A stretch of DNA of 64,000 bases from a virus, in the IMG/VR virus record IMGVR_UViG_3300021226_000189; one strand, 5' to 3'. Below, one piece after another: positions 19,023-27,960 of the stretch. Below the pieces are notes generated by a model, which saw only the letters and a list, made by a program, of their open reading frames with translations, made no database searches and was not told the origin of the DNA. Each line of letters begins with the position of its first letter. The stretch's first letter is position 1. A program made the translations under genes and the position numbers.

Positions 19023-19731
19023 TTGTCTGGAGGTATTGAAAAAAATTCCAGACAATTCAGTCGATTTAGTGTTATCTGATCCACCATACGAGCAAAATGC
19101 TAGGTTGGAGTGGGATAAAATTATAAATTTTGATAAATTATGGGTAGAATTGAATAGGATTATTAAAAATAAAACACCTATCGTTTTGATGGGCAACCAA
19201 CCATTTACAACCGATTTAATTAATTCAAAAAGAGATTGGTTCCGTTATGAATGGGTATGGGATAAACATATCCCAAGAGGAATGCATCAAGCCAAATATC
19301 AACCCATGAGAAAACATGAAAACATTATAGTGTTTTCGAGAGAATATCCCATGAATTATTATCCAATAATGGAAGAACGCGACAAACCAATTAGGAGAAA
19401 GAATTATAATAAGAATTCAAAGGGTATTGATGGTAATTATAAAGAAGATCAAACTAATAAATGGTTCACTTATACCCACAAAAATCCTAATACCATCATT
19501 ACAGATTGTTGGGAAAAAAATAAAGGTAAAATACACCCAACTCAAAAACCAGTATCTTTAATGAAATATCTAATTCAAACTTATACCAAAGAAAATGATA
19601 TAGTATTAGATTTTTGCTTTGGTTCTAACTCTACAGGAGTAGCCGCGAAAGAGTTGGGTAGACGATATATTGGGATTGAAAAGGAAGAAAAATACTTTAA
19701 TATTGGTAAAGATAGATTAATGACCATTTAA
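18985..19731 (+). CDS. DNA N6-adenine methyltransferase, beta class
   Basis: GDCLE, DPPY, HPTQKP, LDFCFGS. Confidence 0.88.
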   Translation: MQIEKGIHLFHGDCLEVLKKIPDNSVDLVLSDPPYEQNARLEWDKIINFDKLWVELNRIIKNKTPIVLMGNQPFTTDLINSKRDWFRYEWVWDKHIPRGMHQAKYQPMRKHENIIVFSREYPMNYYPIMEERDKPIRRKNYNKNSKGIDGNYKEDQTNKWFTYTHKNPNTIITDCWEKNKGKIHPTQKPVSLMKYLIQTYTKENDIVLDFCFGSNSTGVAAKELGRRYIGIEKEEKYFNIGKDRLMTI

Positions 19732-21411
19732 CCATAACCAATGCGCGTAATTTTTCGGTTTTTTGAAACCACGATCTTTAAACTCACCTTTATTATTGGT
19801 GAGTTTATCTTTTTGAATTTGTTCAGAAAAATAATTCATTATGTAACTTTCGTTTATACCACTTTTCAATGCTGCAATTTCTTCCTCTAAGCGATCAATT
19901 TCATCATAATCAGGATCATCGGAATTCTTCAATTCTTTCAATTGTTTTACGAGTTCTTTTATTTCATTTGAAGAATTATCAGTTTTTTGATTATTTTTTT
20001 CAGCTTTTTTATTTTTATCGAATTGTGCTTTCATCATTGATCCACTCTTTTTACTGAATATTTCCGCTCTACGAGCAATTTCTTTTCTTGAAAGTCTATA
20101 CCATGTTTTAAATATCTCTTTCTTTTCAGGAGTATCCAACACTTCATCTAAAACCGCATCTTCATATCCATCGTACAAATTTGATTCGTTTTCCATATTT
20201 TCAGATACATCATCTTTAGCCTTTTTAATAATATAATCACCAAAAGCTTTTATATCATTACCATATGACGCTGTTTTATCGGAAAATGCTTCCTTGGTGG
20301 TTCCTTCTTTATTAGAAGCGAAGGCTACCAATTCATCCATAATGTCATCAGATAATTGTTTATTTGTAGCTAATATTTGTTCTACTTTATCATGTGGTTT
20401 GGTTTTACCAGAACGCAGCATTTTAATACGCTTCAATTCGTCCAAGATATTTTCAGCAAACTCTTTTTCTGGCGAATGTTTAGCAGATAATGATATTTCA
20501 CCTTTTTTAAGAGAAGCGTTTAGTTTTCTTATTTGAGCTAAAAGAGGAGCAGCTTGACTGTAGATATTATCTCGATCTTCTCTAGAAAAACCAGTTCGTT
20601 CTTTGAGCCTTTCATTTGCAATTAAAGCAGCATGGGATGTTTTAGGAATTCTTCTACCCATACTGGATTTTTTCTCGACTTTCTTTTCGTTTCCGCTCAA
20701 TAATTCTTTAATTTGAAATTCGTCAAGCCATTCAACTCCATCCAGACTGAATCCTCTTGGTTTACTCTTGATGTATTGGGAATCTTCAGGTGAAATTTCT
20801 GTTCTATTTTTTAGAAATAAATTCAATCTCTGTTTAGCCACATCATTCTGATTTTTATAAAACTTTTCCCCTTTTTTCAGAATATATTCAATTTCTTCTG
20901 GTGTATAAACTTCGTCATCACTGATTATCGATTTTTTAGTTCCTTGATCCGATGGTGCATCTAAGTATTCGAGGATATTATTTTTATCTAAAAATTTATT
21001 TTTTATTTCAGGTGATAAGATTTCATCTTCATGTTTTTTAACAATTGTGAAAAGGGCATATTCTTTTTCTTTTTGTGTTGACCAAGACCATTTACCCATA
21101 TCCATCCACTTATTGAATCCGTCTGTAAAAGATTCTCTTCTTTGACCAGGTGCAACTTTACAAACTTTTTTAGTGTATTCTGAAAAATTAGACTCATATT
21201 TGAATATATCTAATAAATTCATCATCAAATATTCGATTGTTTTTTCTCTTAAATGACCAGGTGACGTTACACCACCATCTTTTTTTATTTTTCCACTGAC
21301 TTCTTTATAAAATTCGCTAAATTTAGGAAAATATGTTTTCCAAACGCTGGTTCTCTCTTCATTTATTAGATGAACTTTTTCTACCAAATAATCAAATCCG
21401 TAATTTCTCAT
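19717..21411 (-). CDS. Large charged late protein, probable internal head protein
   Basis: 564 aa, antisense to neighbours; leader FDYLVEKVHLINEE; own TAAATA-N5-ATG. Confidence 0.6.
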   Translation of the reverse strand: MRNYGFDYLVEKVHLINEERTSVWKTYFPKFSEFYKEVSGKIKKDGGVTSPGHLREKTIEYLMMNLLDIFKYESNFSEYTKKVCKVAPGQRRESFTDGFNKWMDMGKWSWSTQKEKEYALFTIVKKHEDEILSPEIKNKFLDKNNILEYLDAPSDQGTKKSIISDDEVYTPEEIEYILKKGEKFYKNQNDVAKQRLNLFLKNRTEISPEDSQYIKSKPRGFSLDGVEWLDEFQIKELLSGNEKKVEKKSSMGRRIPKTSHAALIANERLKERTGFSREDRDNIYSQAAPLLAQIRKLNASLKKGEISLSAKHSPEKEFAENILDELKRIKMLRSGKTKPHDKVEQILATNKQLSDDIMDELVAFASNKEGTTKEAFSDKTASYGNDIKAFGDYIIKKAKDDVSENMENESNLYDGYEDAVLDEVLDTPEKKEIFKTWYRLSRKEIARRAEIFSKKSGSMMKAQFDKNKKAEKNNQKTDNSSNEIKELVKQLKELKNSDDPDYDEIDRLEEEIAALKSGINESYIMNYFSEQIQKDKLTNNKGEFKDRGFKKPKNYAHWLWLNGH

Positions 21412-21416
21412 ACTCT

Positions 21417-21439
21417 TATTTAGTGGAAATAACTAAATA
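21417..21439. promoter_or_regulatory. Divergent pair of late promoters
   Basis: TATTTA 21417-21422 (5 nt from ATG 21411, minus) and TAAATA 21434-21439 (5 nt from ATG 21445, plus). Confidence 0.65.
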
Positions 21440-21444
21440 AAATA

Positions 21445-21558
21445 ATGATTCCCTTTTCTCAATTCTTTCTAATCAAAGAAGCTTTCGATACTGTATCAGA
21501 ATTTATGTTAAATCCTGAGCATTCCGATAAAACATACTCCTATCATAATATTAAATAA
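21445..21558 (+). CDS. 37-aa leader-bearing micro-ORF (not in ORF track)
   Basis: MIPFSQFFLIKEAFDTVSEFMLNPEHSDKTYSYHNIK*; TAAATA 21434-21439 + 5 nt + ATG. Confidence 0.5.
   Translation: MIPFSQFFLIKEAFDTVSEFMLNPEHSDKTYSYHNIK
21552..21557 (+). promoter_or_regulatory. Late promoter TAAATA
   Basis: 7 nt before ATG 21565. Confidence 0.5.
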
Positions 21559-21564
21559 AATTAT

Positions 21565-23301
21565 ATGGAATTTGATAAAGAATATCGTAGATTAATAATG
21601 GAGTTCTCCGAAGGAGCAATTCGTAAGATCGTGCAAAAATTCCAAAACGATGCTTCAGAACAGGAAATCCGTAGGGAAGTTCAGGATTTTGAGAAATATA
21701 AACAATCTTTACAAAAGAAAGACCCATTCCAATACAAATCATGGATAGAGTTCACAGAGGCTATCCATGCTGCCAAGGGTAAATCAGAATTTAAGAAAAA
21801 GAAAGCACCTACTAAAGATGTAGTCGCTAATCAAGAGGATATTATCGCTGATGATGAGAACGTGACAATCTATCGTGGAGATTCTCAGGATAAATGTGTA
21901 ATGTATGGAAAAGGATACACATTCTGTATTTCTAGACCAGGTGCTGGAAATTTATATTCGATGTATAGATTAAACGATAATTCCACTTTCTATTTCATAT
22001 TTTTTAAGAAAAAATCAAAGTCTGAAAAAGATCACATTATGGTCTTAGATCATACTAGCAGTGGATATCAATGGACTTTTGCCGATAATGACACTCAACC
22101 AGTTGAGGGTGGTTGGGATGCAATAGTTAGTGAATATCCAGAATTAAAGAAATATAAAAAAATATTGGTTAATAAAGAATTAGATGATGTTGAAAAGGGA
22201 TTTTTAGAGAGAAAGAGAGAATTTAAACGACAATTACCTGCTTACACTAACGACCCGAATGTAGATTTGGAAAAGGCTGTGGTTTTGTGGAATAATTTTT
22301 CCCATAAAGAAAAAGCAGCAGTTTTAACGAGTTATTATCGAGATACTTTACATGATGTAATTTGGAAACAACTGGATAGTAGTCTTAGGAATGAGTATAT
22401 AAACATGATACCTGATTTATCCCCCTATCAAATGGATAATTTAACTCCGAAAGAAGTTGCTAGGTATAAAAAATTGAGAGATACGTTATTCGATGATGAA
22501 TATCCCGATCAATATCCAGAATTTGAAGCAAATAAACTTGATGATATCGAAAATGTCTTAAAACATCCGTATTTTGCTATGACATATGCGATGTCTTGGA
22601 ATAATGATTGGGATAGTATTCCTGATGAAGTGTTTGAATTGTTGGCGGACTACCCTGATTTTTCTTTGGAATATGCTGAATGGGTTGCTAAGGAAGTTCC
22701 TAATACGTTCATACCAGCAGATATCTATGAATCAATAATGGATTCTGGTGTGTTTGAAGACATGTCCGATGAATTGAGAGAATATTTTAGAAAAAATTGG
22801 GGAAAAGATACTTTCTCAGAATCCTTCCAATTTGATAAAGAATATCAAAAATTGATGGAAGCATACCAGAAAGATTTGACAAAATTCCACCGATTCTTTC
22901 AAGAATTGGCTCGATATCAATCAAATCATTACGGGACGTACAACTCTTCCGTTTTAAGAGATGAATATCTTAAATTACCTGAAGATTTTCGTAAAATGAT
23001 GAGATTACCCAAATCTCAATATAAAAATTGCTTTAGAGGTGATGACGGTAAGACTCAAAAAGCAGTAAGTTCTTTTGTATGTAATCCTAATGTTGAAAAA
23101 GCGAGGAGAAATGCTTCTTTTTATGGTGTTAATGTTTTTTCTTTATTAAAAGATGTCTATTCTTTATCTGATACGATGGTGGTTGATTTTAAAAGGTTGG
23201 CTAAATATTTTGGTAAAAAAATTGCTTATAAAATAATGGATGAATACGGCATTGGTGATGATGAGAATGAGGTATTAGTGTTCGATATTGTTTTTAAATA
23301 G
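21565..23301 (+). CDS. Modular probable head protein with C-terminal ADP-ribosyltransferase-like domain
   Basis: Leader FDKEY..L.E at start and again near aa 423; C-terminal FRG / VSSF / DENEVLV = R-S-ExE pattern. Confidence 0.6.
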   Translation: MEFDKEYRRLIMEFSEGAIRKIVQKFQNDASEQEIRREVQDFEKYKQSLQKKDPFQYKSWIEFTEAIHAAKGKSEFKKKKAPTKDVVANQEDIIADDENVTIYRGDSQDKCVMYGKGYTFCISRPGAGNLYSMYRLNDNSTFYFIFFKKKSKSEKDHIMVLDHTSSGYQWTFADNDTQPVEGGWDAIVSEYPELKKYKKILVNKELDDVEKGFLERKREFKRQLPAYTNDPNVDLEKAVVLWNNFSHKEKAAVLTSYYRDTLHDVIWKQLDSSLRNEYINMIPDLSPYQMDNLTPKEVARYKKLRDTLFDDEYPDQYPEFEANKLDDIENVLKHPYFAMTYAMSWNNDWDSIPDEVFELLADYPDFSLEYAEWVAKEVPNTFIPADIYESIMDSGVFEDMSDELREYFRKNWGKDTFSESFQFDKEYQKLMEAYQKDLTKFHRFFQELARYQSNHYGTYNSSVLRDEYLKLPEDFRKMMRLPKSQYKNCFRGDDGKTQKAVSSFVCNPNVEKARRNASFYGVNVFSLLKDVYSLSDTMVVDFKRLAKYFGKKIAYKIMDEYGIGDDENEVLVFDIVFK

Positions 23302-23326
23302 TGGACAGAATTTGATAAAGAATATC
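21569..23326 (+). repeat. Three in-frame copies of AATTTGATAAAGAATATC
   Basis: Exact 18-mers at 21569, 22829 and 23309 (spacing 1260 and 480 nt). Confidence 0.9.
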
Positions 23327-23343
23327 AAAGGCTTCTTAAAGAT

Positions 23344-23371
23344 TTGACATTACCTAAAGATGTGTTAAGGT
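23344..23371 (+). promoter_or_regulatory. Sigma70-type promoter
   Basis: TTGACA-N16-TAAGGT with TG extension, 6 nt before ATG 23378. Confidence 0.6.
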
Positions 23372-23377
23372 ATTCCC

Positions 23378-24061
23378 ATGCCAAATCCTAATGTTTCTTC
23401 TAATATCGCCATTTTCACGGCAACCAAACGCAATGATTGGCAATTTCCCTTGACTAAAACTGCGATAGAATTCGATCTGGATGATTTCATGCACACCAGA
23501 TTGAATAACACTCAAGGACTTCCCAAGGTCTATAATGAATGTCTTGACCTAGCGATCAAAGAGAAATTTGATTACGTAATGTTCATTCACGATGATGTTC
23601 ATCTGGAACATGACCCTCGCCCAAAGCTGGAGAAGCTATTCCAAGAATACGATATTGTCGGTGTGGCGGGATGTTCCAAGGCTGAAATCAAGTCTCCTGC
23701 ACTCTGGCATCTGATGGGTGGAGGATTTGGTGGTGGCAATCTACATGGCGCGGTGGCTCATGGTAACGCTGATAAGAAGCATATGACGAGCTTTGGTGTA
23801 TATCCCCATCGTGTGGTGATGATCGATGGTGTTTTCATGGCATTTAATCGAAAGGCGATTGAGACGGTGAGATTTGATGAGGATTGTCCATCAGGCTTTC
23901 ATTTTTACGATCTTTGCATGTGTGCTAGAGCTTTAGAAAAAGGCTTGAAAATCGGTGTTGGTGATGTTATGATTACTCACGAATCACCAGGACTGAGAGA
24001 ATTTACGGAGGACTGGAAATCTGGTGAGTCTTATTATCTCTCCAAATATGGAAACGCATGA
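23378..24061 (+). CDS. GT-A fold glycosyltransferase-like protein (GT2-like)
   Basis: YNECL, MFIHDD, GVAG, IDGVFM, FHFYD.CM. Confidence 0.75.
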   Translation: MPNPNVSSNIAIFTATKRNDWQFPLTKTAIEFDLDDFMHTRLNNTQGLPKVYNECLDLAIKEKFDYVMFIHDDVHLEHDPRPKLEKLFQEYDIVGVAGCSKAEIKSPALWHLMGGGFGGGNLHGAVAHGNADKKHMTSFGVYPHRVVMIDGVFMAFNRKAIETVRFDEDCPSGFHFYDLCMCARALEKGLKIGVGDVMITHESPGLREFTEDWKSGESYYLSKYGNA

Positions 24062-25374
24062 GTGAAATTGATTTTGATTATTTTGAAAAGGTTCTGGTAA
24101 AGAATGCAATTACGAATGGAGCTTACTTAGCTTCCATCGCTGATTACGTTCAACCGAAGTATTTCACCGATAAGAATATTGCCAAGTATTTTGAGATTGT
24201 TGCGGATTTCTACGAGAAACGGCAATCTCTCCCCACATTTTCAGAGGTAAAGACCTATCTCACCACCGATGAACTCAAATCCAACTTCAAAAAGCTGATT
24301 GAGTCATTTAAGGAGATAGATTCCAACCACAATCAGGACGAATTATATGAGAATACTGAGAGATTCCTCAAAGAAAGAGGAATGTATCACTCCATTTTGG
24401 AATCCGCAGAGGCAATTTCCGAAGGAGAAGCTAATACTGCTGAGATCGTAGAGAAATTTGAGAAAATTGCTGGTATCAACCTCAATGTTGATAAGGGAAT
24501 TGAGCTTTACGGGGATATTGAGAAGGTCATTGACGACATTTTGAGCGATGAAGCTACCATTTCCTCCAAGTGGCCATGGTTGGATGAGGCTCTAGGAGGC
24601 GGATTTCAAGAAGCTGGTAAGGCTCTGTATGTGTTTGCTGGTCAATCCAACATTGGTAAGAGTATTTTCCTCGGCAATGCGGCTGCAAACATTGCATCAC
24701 AGGGTAAACATGTGCTTGTAGTGACTTTGGAAATGTCGGAAACGCTCTATGCAAAGAGAATCGCGTCCAATGTGACGAAGATTCCTATGAAGGAGTTCCG
24801 TAATTGTATTCCTACCCTCAGACATGCTCTAGAACAGGAACATAAGAACACTGATGGTCGCATTTACATCAAAGAATTCCCACCATCTACGATTACACCC
24901 AAGCAATTGGGAGCTTTCATTAAGAAAATGAAGGATTCTGGTATCAGAATTGATGCTGTTGTTCTTGATTATATCACTTTGATGACCGCTGCTGGTAGTA
25001 ACAGCTATGAAAAAGGTAAAAACATCTGCGAACAGGTTCGGGCGTTGTCTTATGTCTATAAATGCCCCATAATTAGCGCATGTCAGCTAAATCGATCTGC
25101 TGTAGGACAGAATAATCCTAATATGTCAGGTGTTGCTGAGTCTTTGGCGATTGTTATGACTGCTGACGTTATTACATCCATCTTCCAGAATGAAGAAGAT
25201 CAGGAATTGGGTGTGATTCGACTCGGTATGATGAAAAATCGCTTTGGAATGCGGGGAATGACGCAAGCCATGAGAATTGATTACTCCACGCTCACTGTTT
25301 ATCAATCGGAAGATGATGAAGAAGAGTTGATGAATGATGATGAACTTTCATTATTAGAGAAATTAAGTGATTGA
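24058..25374 (+). CDS. gp41: Replicative helicase gp41 (DnaB family)
   Basis: GQSNIGKS, TLEMSE, KEFPP, LDYI, QLNR, KNRFG. Confidence 0.93.
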   Translation: MSEIDFDYFEKVLVKNAITNGAYLASIADYVQPKYFTDKNIAKYFEIVADFYEKRQSLPTFSEVKTYLTTDELKSNFKKLIESFKEIDSNHNQDELYENTERFLKERGMYHSILESAEAISEGEANTAEIVEKFEKIAGINLNVDKGIELYGDIEKVIDDILSDEATISSKWPWLDEALGGGFQEAGKALYVFAGQSNIGKSIFLGNAAANIASQGKHVLVVTLEMSETLYAKRIASNVTKIPMKEFRNCIPTLRHALEQEHKNTDGRIYIKEFPPSTITPKQLGAFIKKMKDSGIRIDAVVLDYITLMTAAGSNSYEKGKNICEQVRALSYVYKCPIISACQLNRSAVGQNNPNMSGVAESLAIVMTADVITSIFQNEEDQELGVIRLGMMKNRFGMRGMTQAMRIDYSTLTVYQSEDDEEELMNDDELSLLEKLSD

Positions 25375-25408
25375 CATAATCGATTGATACTGTAGTGTAA
25401 TACACAAT

Positions 25409-25738
25409 ATGAACACTAATGATGATTATAAATTTAGAATTTGGTTTTATGACCAGAAAAAATTTGAGTATGGTGGTTTTGAATATTTTAAAAAATGTTC
25501 ATTTCCTTTATATTGGTGTAAAATTCAACAATACACTGGACTAAAAGATTCCAAAGGGAAAGACATATACGAGGGTGATATTATAGAATATACAAATGGT
25601 GGTTTTAAATGGGTCAAAAATATATATTTCCATTCAGGATCATTTAATCTTAATGGTCATCCTTTAAGAAGTTATAACGAAACTCATATCAACATCATTG
25701 GTAACATATTCGAAAATCCAGAATTAAATGAAAATTAA
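25409..25738 (+). CDS. YopX family protein
   Basis: [31 protein letters not shown]. Confidence 0.85.
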   Translation: MNTNDDYKFRIWFYDQKKFEYGGFEYFKKCSFPLYWCKIQQYTGLKDSKGKDIYEGDIIEYTNGGFKWVKNIYFHSGSFNLNGHPLRSYNETHINIIGNIFENPELNEN

Positions 25739-26090
25739 AGGTAAAATCGCATTACAAAACTTGGGATCGCCTAATAAAAATGGTAGAATCTATTCTGAAG
25801 ATCTTATAAAAGAAGCCATATTAAATTGTGATTATTTAAAAAATAAAAGGTTGTTTATAACTCGTAATGCCCCCCAATCTGTTGAAGTTGATTTAGCGGA
25901 TGTTGTGGGGGTGATTGATGACCTCTACATTAAAGACAATAATTTGATTGCGGATGTTTCTTTTATAGTAGAAGATAAAAATTTGGAATATTACGACATT
26001 AGACCAAATGGTATTGGTAATGTTGATGAAAATGGTGTTGTATCCAACTATGAATTTATATCGTTTTCGTTGACAAACGATCCTGCTTAA
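25728..26090 (+). CDS. Degenerate prohead protease (gp21-like) paralogue
   Basis: [30 protein letters not shown] align with gp21 segments; catalytic His and Ser not seen. Confidence 0.6.
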   Translation: MKIKGKIALQNLGSPNKNGRIYSEDLIKEAILNCDYLKNKRLFITRNAPQSVEVDLADVVGVIDDLYIKDNNLIADVSFIVEDKNLEYYDIRPNGIGNVDENGVVSNYEFISFSLTNDPA

Positions 26091-26100
26091 ATGAATACTC

Positions 26101-26128
26101 TTGACAAATTTATAGAAATTGGTAATTA
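26101..26128 (+). promoter_or_regulatory. Sigma70-type promoter
   Basis: TTGACA-N16-TAATTA, 4 nt before ATG 26133. Confidence 0.4.
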
Positions 26129-26132
26129 TAAC

Positions 26133-26987
26133 ATGCAGAAAATTTTCGCATGGGTTAATTCTGATTTGGATGGTATTGGTTCTACCGTCCTCTTGGGTAA
26201 TTTATTTAAAAATTTCGAGTATCGTCACTGCTTTTTTGGTAAATTTGAGGAGCAATACCTACCTTGGGTTAAAGAAAATGCAGAAGATTACGATAAAATC
26301 TTCGTAGTTGGTATGGTTCTTGATCAAAATCTGGTAAAAAAGATTGACGATCACCGTGTTGTGTTCATTTCAGACCGTCCTGATGACTTCAAAACATGGG
26401 ATTCCACCAAAATTCAGGAAGAATGCTCATCCTGCACCAAACTTTTATATAAAAAGTTCAAAGAAAAGGTGGAATTTACTAAGAATTTGAAAAAATTCTT
26501 TCTTTACGTGGATGATTACAACTCCTACAACCTAAAACACGAGGAAACCAAGTATTTGAATGCTCTTTATCGTAAATCGGGAGGAAATCGTTTCATTAAT
26601 TTTGTAAATCGCTTCTGGAACGGGTTCGACGGTTTCACCACTGCGGAAGTTAAGCTTGCGGAAGGATTTTTTAAAGAATTAGAGAAGGAATTAGAAGAAA
26701 TCACGCTATATTCAGGTGAATGGGAAAAATTCAAGGTCATTTCCACCATTTCCAAGTTCTCTGTGAACGAATTATCTCATTCCATCATGGAAAATTATCC
26801 AGCAGATGTGGTGATTGTGATGAATCCAGACACTCAATTCGTTTCCTTTAGAAAATACAAAGGTTCGGAGGTTGACATTGCTAAAATGGCTGCTAATCTG
26901 TGTGACGGTGGTGGTGGCGAATGGGCATCAGGAGGTAAAATCACCAAGGAATTTTTGAAATTTAGTGAAACACTTACGGAGATATAA
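26133..26987 (+). CDS. DHH/DHHA1-fold protein, degenerate
   Basis: SDLDG motif I, D.YD.Y, VSFR and GGG..ASG tail; DHH motif replaced by DRP. Confidence 0.65.
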   Translation: MQKIFAWVNSDLDGIGSTVLLGNLFKNFEYRHCFFGKFEEQYLPWVKENAEDYDKIFVVGMVLDQNLVKKIDDHRVVFISDRPDDFKTWDSTKIQEECSSCTKLLYKKFKEKVEFTKNLKKFFLYVDDYNSYNLKHEETKYLNALYRKSGGNRFINFVNRFWNGFDGFTTAEVKLAEGFFKELEKELEEITLYSGEWEKFKVISTISKFSVNELSHSIMENYPADVVIVMNPDTQFVSFRKYKGSEVDIAKMAANLCDGGGGEWASGGKITKEFLKFSETLTEI

Positions 26988-27673
26988 TGAAATTATACGA
27001 AATCCAACATATCAATCAGGATCACAATCCCAATAAACAGATGGGAGAGGAATTAAGATTTGTTTCTCAAGTATCTAATATTTCTGAAAAATTTTATCCA
27101 GCAGAGAAACAACCCAAAGATTACGATCATGTGCGTAGATTGACACACATGTTATTTTTAGCGTGGAATGATAGTAACCCCTTGGAAGGAACTGTTTATC
27201 TTGGAGAATTTTATAATCCAGAATCGGAAGATGAAAAATTTTATAGATTTTTTGAGGAATTTAATAAATTTCCTATTAATGAGACACAGAAATCTATGTA
27301 TCACCGTATTAAAAAAGGGTGGCATACTATTGGTGGAAGAAGATGTGGTGCTACCACATTACTATTGACAATCGCAGCATATGAAGCAGCGATTAATGAT
27401 AAATTCGTGGTTTATTTAGCACATACTGAATATACAGCTACTCTATATAATATAGAATTTCACAATAAAATGTATCACACACAATTTGTATTCAACCTAA
27501 AAAAAGTTCAATTTAGAACATGTATGACTGACATGAATATTTTTAGAGGACATTCTAATGTGAGAGTCATATTTGATAATATAGGATATTGTAAATTTTT
27601 TAAATATGGTCAATATAAAAATATCACTAAACCAATCCGCGACTTTAAACAATTTTCAATTGATACATTTTAA
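26987..27673 (+). CDS. Hypothetical protein with degenerate P-loop segment
   Basis: GGRRCGATTLLL resembles a terminase-type Walker A lacking Lys. Confidence 0.45.
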   Translation: MKLYEIQHINQDHNPNKQMGEELRFVSQVSNISEKFYPAEKQPKDYDHVRRLTHMLFLAWNDSNPLEGTVYLGEFYNPESEDEKFYRFFEEFNKFPINETQKSMYHRIKKGWHTIGGRRCGATTLLLTIAAYEAAINDKFVVYLAHTEYTATLYNIEFHNKMYHTQFVFNLKKVQFRTCMTDMNIFRGHSNVRVIFDNIGYCKFFKYGQYKNITKPIRDFKQFSIDTF

Positions 27674-27675
27674 TT

Positions 27676-27960
27676 ATGAACTTTGATCCATCATCAGAAA
27701 TTGTGGGGGAGGAGACCACACATCTTTTTCTCTGTTATTGCACATTTATTAATCACCTTAAAGGTAAAAAATTATCCATTCAGAATGTTTTCGTTGCAAC
27801 TCTCCAAGAAGAAAAGTTGAAAACGATTTTGAAAACAATTTTATCTCTTGACTCTGATCAAGAACTTGTTAAAGTGTTTCTTGATTATGATCCGACTATT
27901 TCGCGTAGTAAGTTCATCACGAAATACATTAACTCGGAACAGAAAAAGAAAAGAAAATGA
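27676..27960 (+). CDS. Hypothetical protein
   Basis: 94 aa in operon. Confidence 0.55.
   Translation: MNFDPSSEIVGEETTHLFLCYCTFINHLKGKKLSIQNVFVATLQEEKLKTILKTILSLDSDQELVKVFLDYDPTISRSKFITKYINSEQKKKRK

Noticed and set aside
21569-23326. CRISPR array from the three 18-bp repeats
   Set aside because: Spacings of 1260 and 480 nt, and the repeats are in-frame coding; no cas genes.
27676-27960. gp33 late co-activator by position
   Set aside because: No recognisable sequence similarity; synteny alone is insufficient.
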